A DNA stretch of 64,000 nt from Auanema rhodensis (lineage: Eukaryota; Animalia; Nematoda): contig OZ059900.1 of assembly GCA_964057225.1 (NCBI GenBank), forward strand, positions 18,538,001 through 18,602,000, read 5' to 3'. Below the pieces are notes generated by a model. That model was not told the DNA's origin. It did not search any database and saw only the letters and a list, made by a program, of their open reading frames with translations. Positions 56,601 to 64,000 of this stretch are shown here, in pieces. Made by a program: the position numbers and the translations under genes. Every line of letters begins with the position of its first letter. The first letter of the stretch is position 1.

Positions 56601-59152
56601 CAACGTCTAGTTCCACTTTCACGACAAAAAAACAGGGGTTAGAAAATTAAGGAAATTAGCATATTCTGAGGGCAAGCCCCTTATGGCTAATATTGATTAA
56701 ATCGATTTTTGTTCATATGAGTCGTCAAATGCAACGAATTTCAGCGTGTTACATACTAAAATGAAGCATTTTACATGCTGAACACTAGAAAAATACAAAA
56801 ACACAGTATTTCCCATGAGAAATATTTTATTATGCTGGAAAACCAGTTTTTGGAAATTTCGCTGTAAACAAGGTTTTGACTTACGATTTCATGTGTTCAA
56901 ACTCATGCAATGTCAATGAAACCTAGCTCAAAATTGTTCGTACAACGTCTAGTTCCACTTTCACGACAAAAAAACAGGGGTTAGAAAATTAAGGAAATTA
57001 GCATATTCTGAGGGCACGCCCCTTATGGCTAATATTGATTAAATCGATTTTTGTTCATATGAGTCGTCAAATGCAACGAATTTCAGCGTGTTACATACTA
57101 AAATGAAGCATTTTACATGCTGAACACTAGAAGAATACAAAAACACAGTATTTCCCATGAGAAATATTTTATTATGCTGGAAAACCAGTTTTTGGAAATT
57201 TCGCTGTAAACAAGGTTTTGACTTACGATTTCATGTGTTCAAACTCATGCAATGTCAATGAAACCTAGCTCAAAATTGTTCGTACAACGTCTAGTTCCAC
57301 TTTCACGACAAAAAAACAGGGGTTAGAAAATTAAGGAAATTAGCATATTCTGAGGGCAAGCCCCTTATGGCTAATATTGATTAAATCGATTTTTGTTCAT
57401 ATGAGTCGTCAAATGCAACGAATTTCAGCGTGTTACATACTAAAATGAAGCATTTTACATGCTGAACACTAGAAAAATACAAAAACACAGTATTTCCAAT
57501 GAGAAATATTTTATTATGCTGGAAAACCAGTTTTTGGAAATTTCGCTGTAAACAAGGTTTTGACTTACGATTTCATGTGTTCAAACTCATGCAATGTCAA
57601 TGAAACCTAGCTCAAAATTGTTCGTACAACGTCTAGTTCCACTTTCACGACAAAAAAACAGGGGTTAGAAAATTAAGGAAATTAGCATATTCTGAGGGCA
57701 CGCCCCTTATGGCTAATATTGATTAAATCGATTTTTGTTCATATGAGTCGTCAATTGCAACGAATTTCAGCGTGTTACATACTAAAATGAAGCATTTTAC
57801 ATGCTGAACACTAGAAAAATACAAAAACACAGTATTTCCCATGAGAAATATTTTATTATGCTGGAAAACCAGTTTTTGGAAATTTCGCTGTAAACAAGGT
57901 TTTGACTTACGATTTCATGTGTTCAAACTCATGCAATGTCGATGAAACCTAGCTCAAAATTGTTCGTACAACGTCTAGTTCCACTTTCACGACAAAAAAA
58001 CAGGGGTTAGAAAATTAAGGAAATTAGCATATTCTGAGGGCACGCCCCTTATGGCTAATATTGATTAAATCGATTTTTGTTCATATGAGTCGTCAAATGC
58101 AACGAATTTCAGCGTGTTACATACTAAAATGAAGCATTTTACATGCTGAACACTAGAAAAATACAAAAACACAGTATTTCCCATGAGAAATATTTTATTA
58201 TGCTGGAAAACCAGTTTTTGGAAATTTCGCTGTAAACAAGGTTTTGACTTACGATTTCATGTGTTCAAACTCATGCAATGTCAATGAAACCTAGCTCAAA
58301 ATTGTTCGTACAACGTCTAGTTCCACTTTCACGACAAAAAAACAGGGGTTAGAAAATTAAGGAAATTAGCATATTCTGAGGGCACGCCCCTTATGGCTAA
58401 TATTGATTAAATCGATTTTTGTTCATATGAGTCGTCAAATGCAACGAATTTCAGCGTGTTACATACTTAAATGAAGCATTTTACATGCTGAACACTAGAA
58501 AAATACAAAAACACAGTATTTCCTATGAGAAATATTTTATTATGCTGGAAAACCAGTTTTTGGAAATTTCGCTGTAAACAAGGTTTTGACTTACGATTTC
58601 ATGTGTTCAAACTCATGCAATGTCAATGAAACCTAGCTCAAAATTGTTCGTACAACGTCTAGTTCCACTTTCACGACAAAAAAACAGGGGTTAGAAAATT
58701 AAGGAAATTAGCATATTCTGAGGGCACGCCCCTTATGGCTAATATTGATTAAATCGATTTTTGTTCATATGAGTCGTCAAATGCAACGAATTTCAGCGTG
58801 TTACATACTAAAATGAAGCATTTTACATGCTGAACACTAGAAAAATACAAAAACACAGTATTTCCTATGAGAAATATTTTATTATGCTGGAAAACCAGTT
58901 TTTGGAAATTTCGCTGTAAACAAGGTTTTGACTTACGATTTCATGTGTTCAAACTCATGCAATGTCAATGAAACCTAGCTCAAAATTGTTCGTACAACGT
59001 CTAGTTCCACTTTCACGACAAAAAAACAGGGGTTAGAAAATTAAGGAAATTAGCATATTCTGAGGGCACGCCCCTTATGGCTAATATTGATTAAATCGAT
59101 TTTTGTTCATATGAGTCGTCAAATGCAACCAATTTCAGCGTGTTACATACTA
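51629..59152 (+). repeat. Tandem duplication of an 11-monomer unit (M152-162 / M163-173), period 3762 bp
   Basis: Variants paired at exactly 3762 bp: c56a 53736/57498, a313t 53993/57755, a157g 54179/57941, a342t 54706/58468. Confidence 0.9.
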
Positions 59153-62100
59153 AAATGAAGCATTTTACATGCTGAACACTAGAAAAATACGAAAACACAG
59201 TATTTCCCATGAGAAATATTTTATTATGCTGGAAAACCAGTTTTTGGAAATTTCGCTGTAAACAAGGTTTTGACTTACGATTTCATGTGTTCAAACTCAT
59301 GCAATGTCAATGAAACCTAGCTCAAAATTGTTCGTACAACGTCTAGTTCCACTTTCACGACAAAAAAACAGGGGTTAGAAAATTAAGGAAATTAGCATAT
59401 TCTGAGGGCACGCCCCTTATGGCTAATATTGATTAAATCGATTTTTGTTCATATGAGTCGTCAAATGCAACGAATTTCAGCGTGTTACATACTAAAATGA
59501 AGCATTTTACATGCTGAACACTAGAAAAATACAAAAACACAGTATTTCCCATGAGAAATATTTTATTATGCTGGAAAACCAGTTTTTGGAAATTTCGCTG
59601 TAAACAAGGTTTTGACTTACGATTTCATGTGTTCAAACTCATGCAATGTCAATGAAACCTAGCTCAAAATTGTTCGTACAACGTCTAGTTCCACTTTCAC
59701 GACAAAAAAACAGGGGTTAGAAAATTAAGGAAATTAGCATATTCTGAGGGCACGCCCCTTATGGCTAATATTGATTAAATCGATTTTTGTTCATATGAGT
59801 CGTCAAATGCAACGAATTTCAGCGTGTTACATACTAAAATGAAGCATTTTACATGCTGAACACTAGAAGAATACAAAAACACAGTATTTCCCATGAGAAA
59901 TATTTTATTATGCTGGAAAACCAGTTTTTGGAAATTTCGCTGTAAACAAGGTTTTGACTTACGATTTCATGTGTTCAAACTCATGCAATGTCAATGAAAC
60001 CTAGCTCAAAATTGTTCGTACAACGTCTAGTTCCACTTTCACGACAAAAAAACAGGGGTTAGAAAATTAAGGAAATTAGCATATTCTGAGGGCACGCCCC
60101 TTATGGCTAATATTGATTAAATCGATTTTTGTTCATATGAGTCGTCAAATGCAACGAATTTCAGCGTGTTACATACTAAAATGAAGCATTTTACATGCTG
60201 AACACTAGAAAAATACAAAAACACAGTATTTCCCATGAGAAATATTTTATTATGCTGGAAAACCAGTTTTTGGAAATTTCGCTGTAAACAAGGTTTTGAC
60301 TTACGATTTCATGTGTTCAAACTCATGCAATGTCAATGAAACCTAGCTCAAAATTGTTCGTACAACGTCTAGTTCCACTTTCACGACAAAAAAACAGGGG
60401 TTAGAAAATTAAGGAAATTAGCATATTCTGAGGGCACGCCCCTTATGGCTAATATTGATTAAATCGATTTTTGTTCATATGAGTCGTCAAATGCAACGAA
60501 TTTCAGCGTGTTACATACTAAAATGAAGCATTTTACATGCTGAACACTAGAAAAATACAAAAACACAGTATTTCCCATGAGAAATATTTTATTATGCTGG
60601 AAAACCAGTTTTTGGAAATTTCGCTGTAAACAAGGTTTTGACTTACGATTTCATGTGTTCAAACTCATGCAATGTCAATGAAACCTAGCTCAAAATTGTT
60701 CGTACAACGTCTAGTTCCACTTTCACGACAAAAAAACAGGGGTTAGAAAATTAAGGAAATTAGCATATTCTGAGGGCACGCCCCTTATGGCTAATATTGA
60801 TTAAATCGATTTTTGTTCATATGAGTCGTCAAATGCAACGAATTTCAGCGTGTTACATACTAAAATGAAGCATTTTACATGCTGAACACTAGAAAAATAC
60901 AAAAACACAGTATTTCCCATGAGAAATATTTTATTATGCTGGAAAACCAGTTTTTGGAAATTTCGCTGTACACAAGGTTTTGACTTACGATTTCATGTGT
61001 TCAAACTCATGCAATGTCAATGAAACCTAGCTCAAAATTGTTCGTACAACGTCTAGTTCCACTTTCACGACAAAAAAACAGGGGTTAGAAAATTAAGGAA
61101 ATTAGCATATTCTGAGGGCACGCCCCTTATGGCTAATATTGATTAAATCGATTTTTGTTCATATGAGTCGTCAAATGCAACGAATTTCAGCGTGTTACAT
61201 ACTAAAATGAAGCATTTTACATGCTGAAAACTAGAAGAATACAAAAACACAGTATTTCCCATGAGAAATATTTTATTATGCTGGAAAACCAGTTTTTGGA
61301 AATTTCGCTGTAAACAAGGTTTTGACTTACGATTTCATGTGTTCAAACTCATGCAATGTCAATGAAACCTAGCTCAAAATTGTTCGTACAACGTCTAGTT
61401 CCACTTTCACGACAAAAAAACAGGGGTTAGAAAATTAAGGAAATTAGCATATTCTGAGGGCACGCCCCTTATGGCTAATATTGATTAAATCGATTTTTGT
61501 TCATATGAGTCGTCAAATGCAACGAATTTCAGCGTGTTACATACTAAAATGAAGCATTTTACATGCTGAACACTAGAAGAATACAAAAACACAGTATTTC
61601 CCATGAGAAATATTTTATTATGCTGGAAAACCAGTTTTTGGAAATTTCGCTGTAAACAAGGTTTTGACTTACGATTTCATGTGTTCAAACTCATGCAATG
61701 TCAATGAAACCTAGCTCAAAATTGTTCGTACAACGTCTAGTTCCACTTTCACGACAAAAAAACAGGGGTTAGAAAATTAAGGAAATTTGCATATTCTGAG
61801 GGCACGCCCCTTATGGCTAATATTGATTAAATCGATTTTTGTTCATATGAGTCGTCAAATGCAACGAATTTCAGCGTGTTACATACTAAAATGAAGCATT
61901 TTACATGCTGAACACTAGATGAATACAAAAACACAGTATTTCCCATGAGAAATATTTTATTATGCTGGAAAACCAGTTTTTGGAAATTTCGCTGTAAACA
62001 AGGTTTTGACTTACGATTTCATGTGTTCAAACTCATGCAATGTCAATGAAACCTAGCTCAAAATTGTTCGTACAACGTCTAGTTCCACTTTCACGACAAA

Positions 62101-64000
62101 AAAACAGGGATTAGAAAATTAAGGAAATTAGCATATTCTGAGGGCACGCCCCTTATGGCTAATATTGATTAAATCGATTTTTGTTCATATGAGTCGTCAA
62201 ATGCAACGAATTTCAGCGTGTTACATACTAAAATAAAGCATTTTACATGCTGAACACTAGAAGAATACAAAAACACAGTATTTCCCATGAGAAATATTTT
62301 ATTATGCTGGAAAACCAGTTTTTGGAAATTTCGCTGTAAACAAGGTTTTGACTTACGATTTCATGTGTTCAAACTCATGCAATGTCAATGAAACCTAGCT
62401 CAAAATTGTTCGTACAACGTCTAGTTCCACTTTCACGACAAAAAAACAGGGGTTAGAAAATTAAGGAAATTAGCATATTCTGAGGGCACGCCCCTTATGG
62501 CTAATATTGATTAAATCGATTTTTGTTCATATGAGTCGTCAAATGCAACGAATTTCAGCGTGTTACATACTAAAATGAAGCATTTTACATGCTGAACACT
62601 AGAAGAATACAAAAACACAGTATTTCCCATGAGAAATATTTTATTATGCTGGAAAACCAGTTTTTGGAAATTTCGCTGTAAACAAGGTTTTGACTTACGA
62701 TTTCATGTGTTCAAACTCATGCAATGTCAATGAAACCTAGCTCAAAATTGTTCGTACAACGTCTAGTTCCACTTTCACGACAAAAAAACAGGGGTTAGAA
62801 AATTAAGGAAATTAGCATATTCTGAGGGCACGCCCCTTATGGCTAATATTGATTAAATCGATTTTTGTTCATATGAGTCGTCAAATGCAACGAATTTCAG
62901 CGTGTTACATACTAAAATGAAGCATTTTACATGCTGAACACTAGAAAAAAACAAAAACACAGTATTTCCCATGAGAAATATTTTATTATGCTGGAAAACC
63001 AGTTTTTGGAAATTTCGCTGTAAACAAGGTTTTGACTTACGATTTCATGTGTTCAAACTCATGCAATGTCAATGAAACCTAGCTCAAAATTGTTCGTACA
63101 ACGTCTAGTTCCACTTTCACGACAAAAAAACAGGGGTTAGAAAATTAAGGAAATTAGCATATTCTGAGGGCACGCCCCTTATGGCTAATATTGATTAAAT
63201 CGATTTTTGTTCATATGAGTCGTCAAATGCAACGAATTTCAGCGTGTTACATACTAAAATGAAGCATTTTACATGCTGAACACTAGAAGAATACAAAAAC
63301 ACAGTATTTCCCATGAGAAATATTTTATTATGCTGGAAAACCAGTTTTTGGAAATTTCGCTGTAAACAAGGTTTTGACTTACGATTTCATGTGTTCAAAC
63401 TCATGCAATGTCAATGAAACCTAGCTCAAAATTGTTCGTACAACGTCTAGTTCCACTTTCACGACAAAAAAACAGGGGTTAGAAAATTAAGGAAATTAGC
63501 ATATTCTGAGGGCACGCCCCTTATGGCTAATATTGATTAAATCGATTTTTGTTCATATGAGTCGTCAAATGCAACGAATTTCAGCGTGTTACATACTAAA
63601 ATGAAGCATTTTACATGCTGAACACTAGAAGAATACAAAAACACAGTATTTCCCATGAGAAATATTTTATTATGCTGGAAAACCAGTTTTTGGAAATTTC
63701 GCTGTAAACAAGGTTTTGACTTACGATTTCATGTGTTCAAACTCATGCAATGTCAATGAAACCTAGCTCAAAATTGTTCGTACAACGTCTAGTTCCACTT
63801 TCACGACAAAAAAACAGGGGTTAGAAAATTAAGGAAATTTGCATATTCTGAGGGCACGCCCCTTATGGCTAATATTGATTAAATCGATTTTTGTTCATAT
63901 GAGTCGTCAAATGCAACGAATTTCAGCGTGTTACATACTAAAATGAAGCATTTTACATGCTGAACACTAGATGAATACAAAAACACAGTATTTCCCATGA

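Larger units (their letters stand above)
1..64000. repeat. Satellite DNA array, 342-bp monomer, 187 full copies + 60 bp, single orientation, running off both window ends
   Basis: aaatgaagcattttacatgctgaacactag recurs at 1, 343, 685 ... 3421 (10x342+1) ... 63941 (187x342+1-14). The 14-bp deficit equals ten 1-bp deletions plus one 4-bp deletion. No non-repeat sequence seen. Confidence 0.99.

Noticed and set aside
1-64000. CRISPR array or other repeat-spacer/cassette system
   Set aside because: There are no unique spacers or variable cassettes. The entire 342 bp is repeated, and no cas, recombinase or reverse transcriptase genes are present.
1-64000. Tandem 5S rRNA, tRNA, snRNA or spliced-leader gene array
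   Set aside because: No recognisable 5S, tRNA cloverleaf, Pol III A/B box or snRNA sequence on either strand of the monomer.
1-64000. Pure artefact (concatemer, rolling-circle product or collapsed assembly)
   Set aside because: Variants are linked in ordered, nested, position-dependent haplotypes rather than being random or perfectly periodic, which fits a real evolving array. Individual block duplications still need read-level confirmation.
1-64000. Variant pattern as an encoded message or programmed diversification
   Set aside because: The variant order is adequately explained by point mutation plus segmental duplication and conversion. Nothing indicates targeted or templated diversification.

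Overview
The whole 64 kb window is one uninterrupted head-to-tail tandem array of a 342-bp AT-rich monomer (about 34% GC): 187 complete copies plus 60 bp, all in the same orientation. It looks like eukaryotic satellite DNA, plausibly centromeric or pericentromeric, but I do not recognise the family or organism. Copies are about 99-100% identical, with 0-4 differences per monomer read by eye. I found no genes, RNA genes, transposons, CRISPR spacers or inversions; the single ORF results from one point mutation. The information is in the variants. Linked substitutions define nested local higher-order duplications (2-, 3-, 4-, 6-, 7-, 11-, 12- and 15-monomer periods), zones of variant usage, recombinant monomers and one haplotype shared across 32 kb. 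The monomer contains several dyad/hairpin elements, roughly 10-bp-phased A/T tracts and an apparently invariant 44-bp segment. I cannot support a claim of a novel gene system. Monomers are numbered M1 (start 1) to M188 (start 63941); variants such as c150t use monomer coordinates and were catalogued by eye, so some may have been missed.
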